Shown piece by piece: positions 12,294 through 26,610 of a DNA stretch of 64,000 nt (the first letter of the stretch is position 1; each line of letters opens with the position of its first letter). Under the pieces are notes generated by a model that was not told where the DNA came from, did not search any database, and was given only the letters and a program-made list of their open reading frames with translations. Made by a program: the position numbers and the translations under genes. Source of the DNA: Mobula hypostoma (Eukaryota); NCBI RefSeq assembly GCF_963921235.1, contig NC_086097.1, positions 37,636,001 through 37,700,000 on the forward strand. The letters are read 5' to 3'.

Positions 12294-15069
12294 CTAAAGA
12301 AAATAAAAACAGAAGTTTTTCATGTATGCATTCAAGTTGATGGTGACTTAAAATAGCCATCAGTAAAATTAAAAGTGTTTATGTTACAAAATGATTAACA
12401 TTTCATTTTTTAAAATAAATTAAGCATTAAATAATTACCACTTTTTAATAATTTACTATTCAAATTGTAAATTTGAAAGAAAAGATAGCAGTATTCCACA
12501 TGATGGCATGCTCAGCCCTATTAAATATTTGCATCACCCTTCCCCCCAATTCAATAATATTAAAATTACTTCATTTCCAGAAAAGCTTAAAATAACAAAT
12601 TGAGTACCACCTTTGTTAGAATTCTAAACTGTGTAATGATATGAAAAATTATGAAATGCTTAAATAGGGTAGATAGCCAGAGCCAGCTTCCAGTGATAGG
12701 ATGCCTAAAACTAAAAGACATAGGTTTAAAGTGAAAGGGAGGTGGTTTAAGAGATCTGAGGGGTAAATGTTTCATACAGCATCTGGAATGAGCTGCCAGA
12801 TGAAGTGGTTGCAGAAATAATAACATTTAAGAGGCATCTTGACCATTACTTGAACAAGTTGGGCATAGAGGGATACAAAATTAATGCAGGTAAGCAGAAG
12901 TAGTATAGATGGTTCACATAGATGCAGTGGGCTAAAAAGCCTATTTTTATGGCTCTAATTTATAAAATTCATAACGTTATTTACCAAATACTAGGTAACC
13001 ATCAGTTCTTTAAAAAAAATAGTAACTGAAAGAGCTACTTACGGTACTTTTAATCATCACAGGACCTGTATAAATAAGCTTCATTTTTGTTGCCTTTGTT
13101 TGACAAGCCATTTTGACCTCATCATTCTATTCATCTTTTTACTCTTCATGGATTGCAATAGTAATTTAGTTACTATTGGGATGACTCGTTAAAGGTGTTC
13201 CACATACATGGTCATAAAATAATAACCATTGTTATTGATGGTCATCGTTTCCAGAATTTTAATTTCTTGAGACAGAAAAGGCTACTTGGTTCAAGAAGTT
13301 GCTAACCCTCAGAACAATACCATTTGTTTGTTAATTTCCCCCACATACCCATTAACCCCCTTCAGACTTCTCTCTCACTTACACTAGAGGCAATTTACAG
13401 TAGGGAATTAACCTACAAACCTGCATATCTATAGGATGTTCACAGAAAACAGAGCACGCAAAGGAAATCAAAGGTCACAAGAATGGGCAAACGCAATAGA
13501 TGTAGCACTAGAGGCCAGGACTGAACCTGTATAAATGGAGTTATTAGGCATCAGCTCCTTCAGTTTCACCACTTACTATATAGGTACCACTTGGGACTGG
13601 TTAATTTCCAAATTAAAAACACACCTTAATTTAAGCTACAGTGTAAGTAAACATTAATCGTACCAAATTTATTCACCAGAATAAGAAATACTCTTCTACC
13701 TACCCATTCATTGTCAAGAGAACTGCCTGCAATGGCTTTGTATTTTCTCTGTGCTATTTCCACTGGAATCTCCCAAGAATACATTCTTTCAATCCTCCCT
13801 GTCTTGTGTCACCTCATATTTCCTATCTATATCTAGCCCTTTAGAGGCTAAATAGTTAGGCTCATTATGATAGAGTAAAACAGCCCTTTGCCTAACCATG
13901 CTTAATTCTTTCTCAACAGCAGCCATCTGGACTTTACTAAGCTGTAAAAACAGCTGACTCAACATCCTGCACAGGATCCACCAAAACCTTTTGCAAGAGG
14001 TACCTAAACCATGGTTTTCACACGACAAAAAAATCCAACCTTCCTGCTGGCAATTTCCTGCAGCTGAACCACTTCATACAAAATGTTAATGTTCTACTAA
14101 TCCTAAGATAAGCTTCTGGTTAATAATCACTCCAACATAATTCTGTCTTCTTGAAAACCTGGTGCACTGCTAAAACCTTCACTCATGAGTTACTTGTGGT
14201 TTAACAATTTCAATTCCAAGCCAGCCTCCATTTCCACAGAATGTATCCGAAACTTTGCTATACGTATTCTAGCTTGAAGAATCCATTTTTCAAATCTTCA
14301 CTGCAAGGATATAATTAACTATGCCAAAGTAGCATTTTAAAATTTTTTGTAACTAACTTATTGCCCTGTGGTAATCTGCAAATGATTAATGCGGCAGTAC
14401 ATAATTTACAAAAGATTGTGACACAGCTTTCTTCTCTTTTGAAAATGCAAAGAAGATATTTGATGTCATACAATGAAGCAAGAACAAATGTCCAAGTCAA
14501 ATCATTGTGTGACTCAAAGCAGTATCCTATAGATGATCAGCCCTGTGTGATAGCTACCCTAGTGCTTTTAGGTTGCAGGGTTCACAGAACTAGAAACTAC
14601 TTTTAAAGAAGCCATTAAATGTTGCAGCTCAGTATTTTCTAGATTTCACAGCTAAATGTTCTAGTGGTGAATGAAATAAATGCTTAGACTAGAAAATTAT
14701 CTACCACCTAGTTTCCCTAAATACCATTAAATTTTGAATGTTGCTGAAGCTGCAGTCAATTACAATATCTCAACATAACTTTGCCCCATCTTGACTGTGA
14801 TAGAGAGATTTGGGAGTTAGGCCGTAAGGTACTTACAGCAACATATTTAATATTAGGTTCGCTTTTGTAACTAGCTTCTGACTAGTAATTCATAATTTGG
14901 CAGTGGGAAAATCTTTCAATGTCAGGGAAGCATAATTACATTCATCTTAATGAAGATGTTTATTGCCTGGTATTACTTGCAGCTTATCAGTTTTTGCCTA
15001 AATATTATCAGATCTTCTTGTAAGTGAATGATTGCATTTTTACTGAAGTGGCAAACGTCACGGAACATT

Positions 15070-15530
15070 TTGGGTGGCACAATGGTGTAAAGGGTACCAT
15101 TAGCCAGAAGGTGGCGAATTTGTGGAATTTATTACCAGTCAGCTGTGGAGGCCAGATCGTTGGGTGTACTTAAGGTAGAGCTTGATAGTTTCCTGATTGG
15201 ACATGGCATTAAAGGTTATGGGGAGAAGGCTGGGGAGTGGGGCTGAGGAGGGGAGAAAAGGATTAGCCATGATTGAATGGCAGAACAGACTCGATGGGCC
15301 AAATGGCCTAATTCTGCTCCTATGTCTTATGGTCTTAAAATGCTATCAAACCACGAGCAACCTAGGTTCAATTCCTTGCTGTAAGGAGACTGTACATTCT
15401 CCCAGTGACTACATGGGTTTCCTTCCACACCCCAAAGACGTACAGGTTAGTAGGGTAATTGGTCACATGGATGTAACTGGGTGGTGCAGGCTCATTGTTA
15501 AGGGTCTACTACCATGCTGTATCTCTTAAA
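15070..15530 (+). mobile_element. Degenerate tRNA-derived SINE-like sequence interrupted by a CR1 3' end (~15102-15335)
   Basis: A-box-like ggtggcacaatgg and B-box-like ggttcaattcc flank a CR1 tail. Body contains cccaaagacgtacaggttagtagg. Confidence 0.55.
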
Positions 15531-15789
15531 AAATGTATCTCATTTTCTAATTATCAATGAACAGAATCTCGTTTGACATTATCATGAAGGGAACATCACT
15601 GAGAACAGCCAAATTCTCAATCTTAAGACACACCTGCAGCAAATTCCAAAGTCAAGATGATTTGCCTCCAACAAATGCAACCATTTTTCTTTGCTTTTTA
15701 TGTCTCTCCAGCCAATACATACAGACATACGAATTCAGAGTAGCAAAGAATAGGTCACTTGGCTACTTGAACCCGTGCCACCACTTAAC

Positions 15790-16990
15790 GAAATCAACAC
15801 TAATGCAACTGTAATCTCATGACTACTTTTCTGTTTACCCACAGTATCCCCTTTATCGTGAATCAAATTATCTCTAAGCATTCAATGATTCTGCTTTCAT
15901 CACATTCTCTTTTCCTCACCCCCATGCATACCTCCCCGCTGTATGAGAAAGAAAAGGACAAAGACTCATGATTCTGAGAGGACAGACTGTTCTTACCTTA
16001 ATCTTTCATAGTTCCACAATAGGAAACCTCCTCTCCACAAATATCCTGTCAAAATGCCTCATGTTCAAGCCTGACCTGTCCAAACTTCCTTTCTAAATCA
16101 ATCTGTCGATTCAAAATATCAATCTATTACCCTTCCTTTGAACTGCTTCTAATATGTTAACAAACTTCCTTAAAAAAGGAAACCAATAACTTGTACAGTA
16201 TTGTGAATGGCAGTCTAACCAATGCTCTGTAACAATAACAAATTTAATAACCAAACCTTCCATGCTTTCACCCAAATTAGTTACCTAAATTATAAAAAAA
16301 TTTGAGTCCCCAACATTGATCACTGTGGCACACCACTTATTACATCTTGCCAGCAGATGCATTTATTCATCCTGTCTCCTTCAAACCAGCTAATCTATCT
16401 GTGCCTATATATTACCACTTATACCATGAACTTTTATTTTCTGCAATAATCACTGACGTGCTATCTATCAAATGCCTTCTGGATATTTTTGACACATCCA
16501 ACAGATTCTCGTAATCTACAGCATGTTCAGTCTTCAAAGAAAATTCAATGAATTGGTTAAACATTATTTCTTTCAAATAGTTTTGTTCAAAGCTCCTAAA
16601 TTTTTAAGCACCTGTAATAATAGCTTTCTAAATATATTCCATGATAAATATTAAAAATTGTTTCCTGCTTTGTCTTTTTTTCCTTTTTGAGAAACTGAAT
16701 TACTTTAGCTATCTTTCAATCTCATTGTGCCTTTTCCAAATCTAGACAGTTTTAGAAAGCAAAATCAATACATCAGTTGTCTCATTTGTCCCTTCTGTAA
16801 AACACTGGGATGAAATCAGGAAAGAGCAATAATTTATTCAGGATCACATTCTTAGTTATTTTAATTTTCACTGAGATCCCCTCCCCCTTTCATTTCCCCA
16901 TTTACAACTACTTTTAGAATGTTACTTGTATCCTCTGTGGTGAAAGCCGATACACAATATGTGTTGAATTCTTCTGCCCTTTTTTTTTGC
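15790..16990 (-). mobile_element. Ancient CR1-like remnant
   Basis: Degenerate matches to RT motifs also seen at 17.5-18.9 kb (e.g. atcaaatgccttctg, cactgtggcacaccact). Confidence 0.55.
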
Positions 16991-17454
16991 ATTCCACTTT
17001 CTGTTATTTCCCTTCTCCGCTTCCCAGCAAACTCTTGTCAATTACAACTTCATTAGAGTTTGCTGATGTCATATACAATGAACAGCTTCTATAAAGTCAA
17101 GAGCAGTTAATCTCACCTCAGCTTCAGGGTTTAACTCATTTGTACACGTTGGAACAAGAAGGACCAGTATGCATGTTATTTGTGAGTAAATGGCACAACT
17201 TCTTTTACCAATATTCAAATGATTGAAAGCTAGATAATGTTTGGAATAAAGCAGCATGTTTTTAACTACCTTTCTATCCTGAGTAACTTTCAGATTTGTT
17301 GATTTAGTGCCAACATTCTAACTGACTAGCGATGGTACACCATTACTTCAGAACTACAGCAAGGATCTTTCTGGACCTGCAATTTTTACTCCCTCCAGTG
17401 CAATTTCCTATCATTAGAAGGATTATGTGCAGCTGGCTGAAATCTCAGAAGATT

Positions 17455-18875
17455 GAGATCATAAGACCACAAGATATAGCAGCAGAATTAGGCCATTTGG
17501 CACATTGTCTACTCTGCCATTTCATCATGGCTGATCCAACTTTCCTCTCAGCCACAGTTTCCTGTCTTCTCCCCATATCCCTGCATAACCTGACCAATCA
17601 AGAATCTTATCAACCTCTGCCTTAAATATACGTGAAGACTTGGCCTGCATAGCTGCCCATGGCAAAGAATTCAACTCTCTGGCTACAGAAATTCCGTATC
17701 GCTGTTCTAAAATGACACCTCTCTATTCTGAGGCTGTGTCCTCTGGTCTTAACTCTGCCACCATCCTCTCCACATCCACTCTATCGAGGCCTTTCACTGT
17801 TCGTTAGGTTTCAATAAGGTCACCCCGATTTCTTCTGAATTTTAGTGAATACAGGCCCAGAGCCATCAAATGCTCTTCATATGATAAACCATTCAATCCT
17901 GGAATCATTTTCATGAATTTCCGTTGAACCACCTTCAGTTTCAGCATATCCTTTCTAAAATAAGGGGGCCAAAACTGCACACAACACTCCCCTCAAGTGA
18001 GGCCTCACCAATGCTTTATAAAGTTTCAACATTACATCCTTGGTTTTATTTTCCAGTCCTCTTGAAATGAATGCTAACATCGCATTTGCCTTCCTCACCA
18101 GATCTAACCTGCAAATTCACTTTTAGGGAATTCCGCACAAGAACTCCCAAGTCTCTTTGCATCTCAGTTTTTTGTATTTTTTCTCCATTTAAAAAAACTC
18201 TTTCATTTATTCTACCAAAGTGCATGACCATACACTTCCCAACACTGTAGTCCATCTGCCATTTCTGTCTATTCTCCTAATCTGTCCTTCTAATGCCTCT
18301 CTACTTCTCCAAGACTACCTGCCCTCCCACTTATCTTCCTATCTGCAAACTTTTCAACAAAGCCATCAATTTCATCATCCAAATCATTGATAAATAACAT
18401 AAAAAGAATTGGTCCCAACACAGACCCCTGTGGAACGCCACTAGACACTGGCAGCCAGCCAGAATAGGCTCCCTTTATTCCCACTCTTTGCCTCCTGCCA
18501 ATCAGCTACTGCTTTATCCATGCTAGTATCTTTCCTGTAATAACATGGGCTCATAGCTTGTTAAGCAGCCTCATGTGTGGTACCCTGTCAAAGGCCTTCT
18601 GAAAATCCAAGTGCACAACATTAATCAATTCTCCTTTGTTTATCCTGCTTGTTATTTCTTCAAAGAATCCCAACAGATTTGTCAAGCAAGATCTTCCCTT
18701 GAGGAAACCATGCTGACAATGGCCTATTTTATCATGCAGCTCCAAGTACCCTGAGACCTCATCCTAATAATTGACTCCAACATCTTCCCAACCATTAAGG
18801 TCAGACTAACTGGCCTATAGTTTCCTTTCTTCTGCCTCTCCCCTTCTTGAAGAGTGGAGCGACATCTGCAATTGG
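17455..18875 (-). mobile_element. Decayed CR1 RT 3' portion
   Basis: QHGFLKGRSCLTNLL, LDFQKAFD, SGVPQGSVLGP, KFAD. Confidence 0.9.
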
Positions 18876-19499
18876 AGCATCCACTCATAAAGCCACCATC
18901 ACTGATAGAGGAGATATTTACAGTTTCCTCTTCCCTTTAGTTACTTAATTGAACTGTGATTTCTTGTTCAATCAAAACCCCTTGTCAATCCCAATTGTGA
19001 AATGCTAATCCTCATTTATAAATTTAATCTAATCTCTGCAATCTCCTCCATTCTGGATTCCTAATCTTAGTTTCCTGCATATCCACTCAATTAAGTGTCA
19101 GCTCCCAAAGATATAGGTTTTGGTATAGCACTCCACATTTCTGTTCTCCTTCAAGACTTTCCTCAAGTCAATCAGTCACACACAGTATCTGAATGTTCAT
19201 GCTTCTCAATGTTAAATTTTGTTTTAAAACTTTCATGTGAAGCACTTTGGAAAATGTCATTATTAATTACCTCAACTTCAGAAGTTCCTATCGGGCATTA
19301 CTGTTCAGTTTCACATGTAGTATTGGAGATAGCATACTGATGCTTAAAGTTTGCTGAACCCTTTCATTTCTCGAAGTACAGGAACTACTAACCTCAGTTT
19401 ACTAAATTAAAGAGATGGCAATTGGTCAGTTTCTGCTCTGATATCTAACTAATAATTACAACGTATATAACCTGATGAGATTTGGATCTGATGTGATAC

Positions 19500-19875
19500 T
19501 CTTTAAGCTATTGAATATTGAAAGGCCTATCCAGCAGACGTTGAGCGACTGTCTCCAATAATAGGGGAGTCTAGGACCAGAGGGACAGCCTCAGAATACA
19601 AGGACGCCCTTTCGAACAGAAATGCTGAGGTATTTCCTTAGGCAATGGTGGTAAAACTGTGTATTTCAATGCCACAGACTGCTGTGGAGGTCATGCCATT
19701 GAGTATATTTAAAGCAGAGTTTGATAGGCTCTTGGTTAGTAAAGGTGTCAAAGGTTATTGAGGGGGCAAGGCGGGAGAATGGGGTTGAGAGGGATAATAA
19801 ATCAGCCATGATGGAATGGCGGAGCAGAAACACTGCGCCAAATGGCCTAATCCTGCTCCTATGTCTTATGGTCTT
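19500..19875 (+). mobile_element. CR1 3' end
   Basis: Matches 51530-51770 and the shared tail ctgctcctatgtcttatgg. Confidence 0.8.
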
Positions 19876-20328
19876 AAGCAGACAGTACCAGGAATTTTGG
19901 TGTTCAGTTGGTCTACAACACTATCAAATATTATTAATCAGAAAATTATATTTTAGGAGAAAAATATGTCAGTATTTATAACATTAATTTGTAATCATGT
20001 ACCAATCAGCAACAAAAAAAACACTTGCAATTAGTTTCTGGGCAAAATTAAAAATAAACTTTCTCACCCCCAAAAATTGTTGGACTAGAATTCATATACT
20101 TTTTAAAATTTAATTAGACATATTGGTTCAACTGTCTACTTTTCTATTTAGAACAACCAGAAAGAAAGTTTGGTGTACCTGATTGCATGTTGCCAAACAA
20201 ATTTATTAGGGGTTAATATACACCAACATGAACATGTACCTCATTTACCCATGTAAACATAGAGATACAATGCTAGTAATGTCCTGTGTTTGAAATAGAT
20301 ATTCAATATTATACAATACTGAAATATA

Positions 20329-20870
20329 CAGTACTGTGCAAAGGTCTAAGGCACATATATACAGATAAGGTGCCTAAGACTTTTGCACTGTATTGTAGTA
20401 ATTGCATGTATATATGTATTGCACTGTACTGCTGCTGCAAAAACACAAATTTCATGATGTATCTGTGAGTGATGACAAACCCAATTCTGGTATGGGTCTC
20501 TATTGTGGACTGAGAGTGGAAAGCGGGCAAGCAGAAAGGAATTATGCTTGGGGAAAAGGAAAGGGAGAGGGGAGGGAGCAGGACCAGAGAGACATTCTGT
20601 AATGATCAATAAACCAATTGTTTGTAATGAAATGACCTTGCCTGGTGTCTCAGGGTGAGTGTGTATACACCTGCCATCACCCCCCATTCCTTCTCCACCA
20701 CCTGTCCCAAACCCCTCCATGGTGCTCCACCCTCACCATTCTCAACATCCTTTGCTCCCACCAGATTCACAAACTCGCCCTCTGCCCACGTTGAAATAAA
20801 TAACAGTACTGTGCAAAAGTCTCAGGCACTCTAACTATATATACATGCCCAAGACTTTTGCACAATACTG
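20329..20870. mobile_element. Tc1/mariner-like non-autonomous element with palindromic (double) terminal repeats
   Basis: TA-flanked. 26-bp CAGTACTGTGCAAAAGTCTYAGGCAC-type unit at 20329-20354 and 20804-20829, with its inverse at 20370-20395 and 20845-20870. Confidence 0.8.
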
Positions 20871-21661
20871 TATGGAACTCATATCTAGCTAAATTACTTG
20901 TAGAATTCTATGAATTAAGGTTATATTGTTTTTACAATGTACTGGTATCAAATAGCATGCAAATTTCTCAAAGTATTTGCAGAATCCTTTTCATGGGATT
21001 TTACACTACCATTTCTTGATGCTTCTGGCAAAGTTGAAAATGTGATTTTAATTCAATTACGTCATTAATCTGTAAAGTTTAATAGGTTTTAATTGTAAAC
21101 TTTAAAACTGTTCAAGCAGCCTGACGCAAAAAGGATACTGCAATTTAAATTATAATTACAGAAGCTTAATAACATTCGTAAATCTAAGTCACCCAGTTTG
21201 GTCAGAATTTATAGATGGGAATTTTACATATTTAAGTGAATGCAAAATTTGTTCCATAATGCACATCAAAATTTACAAATCATTTTATTAATCTATCTGT
21301 AACTTTCAGTATTAGCATTAAGATGAAATAATCATAAATTGATCTTGCACTGTAAGGGGTTAAAATGGGACTGTTAATCACTATGGAAAAAACAAGATTA
21401 ATCTATGATCACGTTTTTGGACCATCCATTTATCACATTATTGGAAATAAGATAAATGCTTTTGAAATACAGATTTGCTAAAAGTTCCCTTTCTTGTCAA
21501 TATCATCCATTCCTACCATTACAAAATGCAAAATGAGGCAGTGAATTTGTGCTGGTATGGAGTTATACATTGCATGCGATTAGCAGCCCCTATTAAGTTC
21601 CTTTCACCAGTGCATATTGATTTTTAAATGTAAGTTATGATTCCACACATTGTGCACTCAC

Positions 21662-21773
21662 TTGCTGGCCAGTTCACCTCCCGGTGGGAGGTTTGGGATG
21701 CTCTCCGACGACAAAGCACGCATCATGTGGACTACATCTGGCACCCCCTCAGCACCCTGCTTCTCAAAGATTT
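21662..21773 (-). CDS. PPM1A: PPM1A exon 4 ([38 protein letters not shown])
   Basis: 112 nt, read by hand. Acceptor ttcccAG at 21775-21774, donor GTGAGT at 21661-21656. Frame matches exon 3. PP2C C-terminal domain motif [13 protein letters not shown]. Confidence 0.95.
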
Positions 21774-24700
21774 CTGGGAAATCAGAAGGACTTGTGGGTC
21801 AGTAGAATATGCATTTTAAAACTATGTGAATATAAGAAAATCAAAATTGGAAAAACTACGAGACAAACAACATAGTAGCAACCATGAAAGATCAGTGAAT
21901 CCTCCGGTAATGATATAGCTTCCCATAAGATATCTGTATTGACAATATTCAACTTATACAACCATGGGATGAATTTTTGAGTACCCAGTTATTAAGGTTC
22001 AAAAATAGGCCATTAGGAGAAAATTTTGAAATCTGACCAATGTTCTAAAAACATGTAACAATTCATGAAAAATTTAATGTATTAAAGCTGCTGGGTTCGA
22101 ACTGTTATGCATCATTCACCACACAAATTAGCTCTATTTTTAACTAATGAAAAGCAATCATGACTCAGAGAAATCTTACTTGTGGGATTTAGAACAGCCT
22201 TTAAATAGATTTAAGGAAGTATTATACAAATGCTTCCTAAAACTTAGTCGTATGAAAAAAAAATCAAAGATCTCAGAATTGATTCAGCAAAAGTCTTTAT
22301 TAGAATAACTTTTTAACATAACTTTATTACTATGACTAACATTATCAGTATATTGTATTTAATCCTACATGTATAATTTACTATACAAAAATAAAAGATT
22401 TACAGCTACTTACTAGCCATATATTTTAAATCATAACTAAACTGCTCAATTTATATATAAGATTATCATTTTGCTAAATTTTTGTGTGCAAACATTAAGC
22501 AAGTGACTACATTATATTAATCACTTTTTCGTCACAGTATATGTTTGTAAATACTTTAAGGTCTTATTTGACTGAAGATGTTGAGACAAAAGGATAGCAA
22601 GACAATTTAGCAACTCATTGTTTCTTCTACAAATAAGACAGATATACTGCTTGTTACCAGACACATAGGCACAGCCAAGGGAGATTAACTGATGCTGCCA
22701 CAGAATAAAACTTCAATACAACGGGTATTAATTTTCGCAAATTATTATATTTCTTCCACTGTATATGTCTATTGCTTCTATCCATCTGCAGAGTGCCAAC
22801 TTGTAGCATACTTCACTGTTACCTGAAATGTCACTTAGGAAAATACATCGTTAAATTACCTGTTATAAAGTACATTATATAATGTCTTTGTTTTTAGTTT
22901 GATTGAAAATCAAATTATTAAAAAATATATATATATCCCCACACACAATCCTTTTTATTCTTACATTTTGAAAAGACTATAAGAAAAGGAAGATAGAATA
23001 AAAATAAATAAAACTTGAGAAATTTAAAATTATGCCTGATGGGCACCCCAACAACTTCAGCAAAAATCGTACATTTATTAGTTTAACTAATTCCTTTCTA
23101 AAAGTTAGCTTAATTGGATAATAATTGCATTATGTTCAAGAACATAACAGCTTCCAGCAGAAACTTCCAAACTATCAAATTTCCAAGCCTCACTGTCTCC
23201 AGGATAAAAAGAAGGAATTAAGTCATCTAATCAAAGTTACCTGATCAGCAAATCCGTAATTTGGGTGGTATTTTGGTTCAAATTTATGGTAGGCATCAGT
23301 GATTCACTGTGAAATTTAGTTAAATTTAATTTTCTAGATCATATCAAGGTATTATGTAATAGCAATGATCAGTTCAAAAGTGTGCATAACTGATACACAA
23401 TGCTATTACTGCCATGAAATGCAAGTGTTAGCATACATTTGACATCACTTTATAGCATACAACTGCATTCTGTATCATTCATAAATGCACACCTCTTCAT
23501 TTGCTTATAATGTTCAAATTATTTATGACAATGCCCAGAAATCCCTATGCCATTTTAATGTAATTAAACAGATTTCATATTCTGTTCAGTTGATACATTT
23601 AAGGAAGTTACTGATCAAAGAATGAAAAAGGATTACTAATATTTGGAATATAGTTTGTAACCTGTACTAAAAGGAAATCTATTGTGGCGGTAAGAAATTT
23701 AACATCAGCTACAGTTCCATAATTTTACAAAAGTAATATTACCGATAAATCTGTATATGCTTAAAGCCAAAATATTTAAAAATTGGAATATGGCCTGTAA
23801 GTACATGGTTCTCTGACCTGTCACTAAACTAGACCAAACTGACAAACATAATGACATATATTCACAAGTATTTGAAACTTTTTGTTCACATAAACAAGAC
23901 TGCACAGAACTTTCTGATCAATTTTGAACGTACATTTTATAGGTCTATTTTGGACCAAAATTTCATCTTTGAACTACTGCACACTTAAGTTCACTTCATG
24001 CATTTAGAACTGATACCAGTTGCGTCCCAATTCCCATCAGGCAGTAAATTCATATAGGCATCAACTATAAAAATACAGATCCTAATCATACATTACAAAT
24101 TGCCTCCAAATTCAATGCTGCATCAAACTATAGTCAAGTGCTCCCCTTTTAATTTGCTCTAATACTCGATACAGTAGAACTGCAATATTCTAGCACCCTT
24201 CAGACTTAGATGGTGCCAGTTTGGCAGATTTTCTGACTATTAGATGCGATTGCTATTAATACCCAAAACTACACAATAACTTTTTTTTAGATACTCCATG
24301 TAATAAATTTTCCAGCGTGGGAACAAGAGGTCCTGGTGAGATTCAAAGTAAAATCTGATGGCAGATTGAGAAATTTACTGTATAAATGTGCCACGAGTAT
24401 CCACTGAACACAACTCTACATGACTAATGGATACCGAAAATTTAACATGTTACAACATTCCTTTAAAAAAAACTGTAGAATACTTTATAAACTACAACTC
24501 AGCTATTTTCAATACAAAATAGCATTTCTCTCCTATTGCTCCAAGCATTGTAAAATAAACTACATTATTGGATTAATTCATTTTGATTCATATTATTTTA
24601 GCATTTTTAAGTGGTTTGAATGTATGTAACAAAAAAATTAAGCATGTAGATTTACAGGTTAGAAGGCATTTTTGCCAAGGGTTTCTAACAGACAGTGAGC

Positions 24701-26457
24701 CAGCCAAAATGTTTGCTGCTAATTCCAATGGAAGAACTACTTTAAGAAAAAAACCTTTGCACCAATGTAATTTTTTAAAACTCAGTTATTTTGGCTATTT
24801 ATGTTTTATTTTTTCAGCCAGGTCTGCTTGCAGTCAAATGTCTAACAAGCAATGCAGATATACGCTACAATCAGATACAAAAACATGAATTCTCACTAGT
24901 AAGCAATGCTGAAAGTACAAACGTTTCTACGAAATTTAATTTCTTTTTAAGCAAATTGAATATTATGTATGTCAGCTATCCACAATCACTTCCTGTATTT
25001 ATTTAATATATGATGAAATGTAATTAAAAACAATAATCAATTGTGATTATGGGCATAAAAATGCGTTTAAAGTGGACGCTTTCCCCAACATGGTCACATG
25101 CAATAGGTCAACAATATGCTCATGCAATTTAAATCTGAATGTGAATGATTATTGCTTGGTGTATATAAATAAAAAAATCCATCTCATGTTTAGATAAAGT
25201 CAACAAATTTGTGTGTTAACATAAACACACAGAGCTTTTTCTTAAAAAAAACATAGCATTTTCACACTGCTATGACAGATAACCCTACACTTAAATTAAG
25301 CTAACCGTAAGTAAGGTAATACTCATCCATCCAATGCTGAAATGGTCAAACTTGAATTTTTGAAGAGTACACAATATTTCCTGCTTACGTATGCACATCA
25401 AAAGCATACTTCTTTTTGTTTTTTTTTAAATAAACAAGGTATAACTTCTGTAATATCAGATTTTGTCTTCATATGGAAATTTATTTTATCTGGAATGGTG
25501 ATTCAAGTTAACCCCATTATATCGTTCAAACTTCATAGCTAGCAATCAAGAAACTTACTTTTATTTTGATCTATTTTAAATATTGATTGCCAGCTTTATT
25601 TTCAACTTAGGAAGCAAAACTGAAGTGACAAATTATTCACAACAGATGTATTGAAGTGGGCTGTAACACACAATGACTGTATGACCATTTTTCCTGTTCA
25701 ACCAAATATCAGAAATTAAATATGATTGACTCAAAGTTTTGAAAACTTAGAACAAGGGCAATAACTCTTTTCCAAAAATGCAGACATTTGCCCAGGGTGC
25801 CTAACCTTGTGCCTAACATTCTATTACAAACAGAATGTTTTGTTTGAACCGAATACAACATTTTGATGGAGCATTTAAAACATGAACAAGTGATAGTTTA
25901 CTTTTTTGTAGTTGGCAGAACCAAAGCAGCAACACTTCAAGGGCACAGCTACATTGTAACAATGACAGCTTTTAGAAACCTGAGCAAACTACAGTAAATA
26001 ATTACACTAGCAGCATTAATTTTTCAGATGGACAACAATTATAACAACCACACATTCTTGAAACATTGATAATTATTGGAATTTAATTGTCCTGCAAGTG
26101 AAATGGTCACCACAACCAAACTGCCAAGTGCTAGCATAAACTAGTAACTGCTCCAAGAACTCTATATGATACGTAACTGAAAACTACAACTTAACAGTAT
26201 TAACTGAAAGTTATCCCTCTAAGCTCACACATTTATCTATAATAGCACAAAGAAATTTTTATAAAAGTAAAATTTTAATCTATACAGTATTTTAATAAAA
26301 TGTTTCAGGTAGTAAGCATTATATCCAGCATTATACTGAAGTACCAGTTAAGTTCACTGAGTAGCAAATGCAAATAAAAGACTTATAAAATTTAGATGCC
26401 AGTTCACATAAACGAACTTAGAGGGTTAACACAATTTAATTACTTTTTAAAGTTATT

Positions 26458-26492
26458 TTACTTAGCAGCAAGTGTTTTTTTAGATGCTCCAC
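26458..26492 (-). CDS. PPM1A: Candidate alternative C-terminus of PPM1A by read-through of the exon 3 donor ([15 protein letters not shown])
   Basis: Frame stays open past the weak donor G|GTGGAG to TAA at 26460-26458. Parallels the mammalian PP2C-alpha-2 tail GGSFNKK. Confidence 0.55.
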
Positions 26493-26610
26493 CTTCCACT
26501 TTGCTCTCCAGATATTTGTCCAACTCAGCTTCTCTTTTCACTGCTTCTGGCGACACCTTTGGTGCATTTGGAAAGCAAATCAAAACAACACTCATGTTGT
26601 CTCGACTCCC
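26493..26610 (-). CDS. PPM1A: PPM1A exon 3 ([39 protein letters not shown])
   Basis: 118 nt, AG at 26612-26611, GT at 26492-26491. Phase 0 start, phase 1 end. Contains the metal-binding Asp of GSRDN. Confidence 0.96.

Noticed and set aside
13680..14330. Possible pseudogene or transposase remnant
   Set aside because: Slightly coding-like composition, but I could not recover any recognisable motif in any frame.
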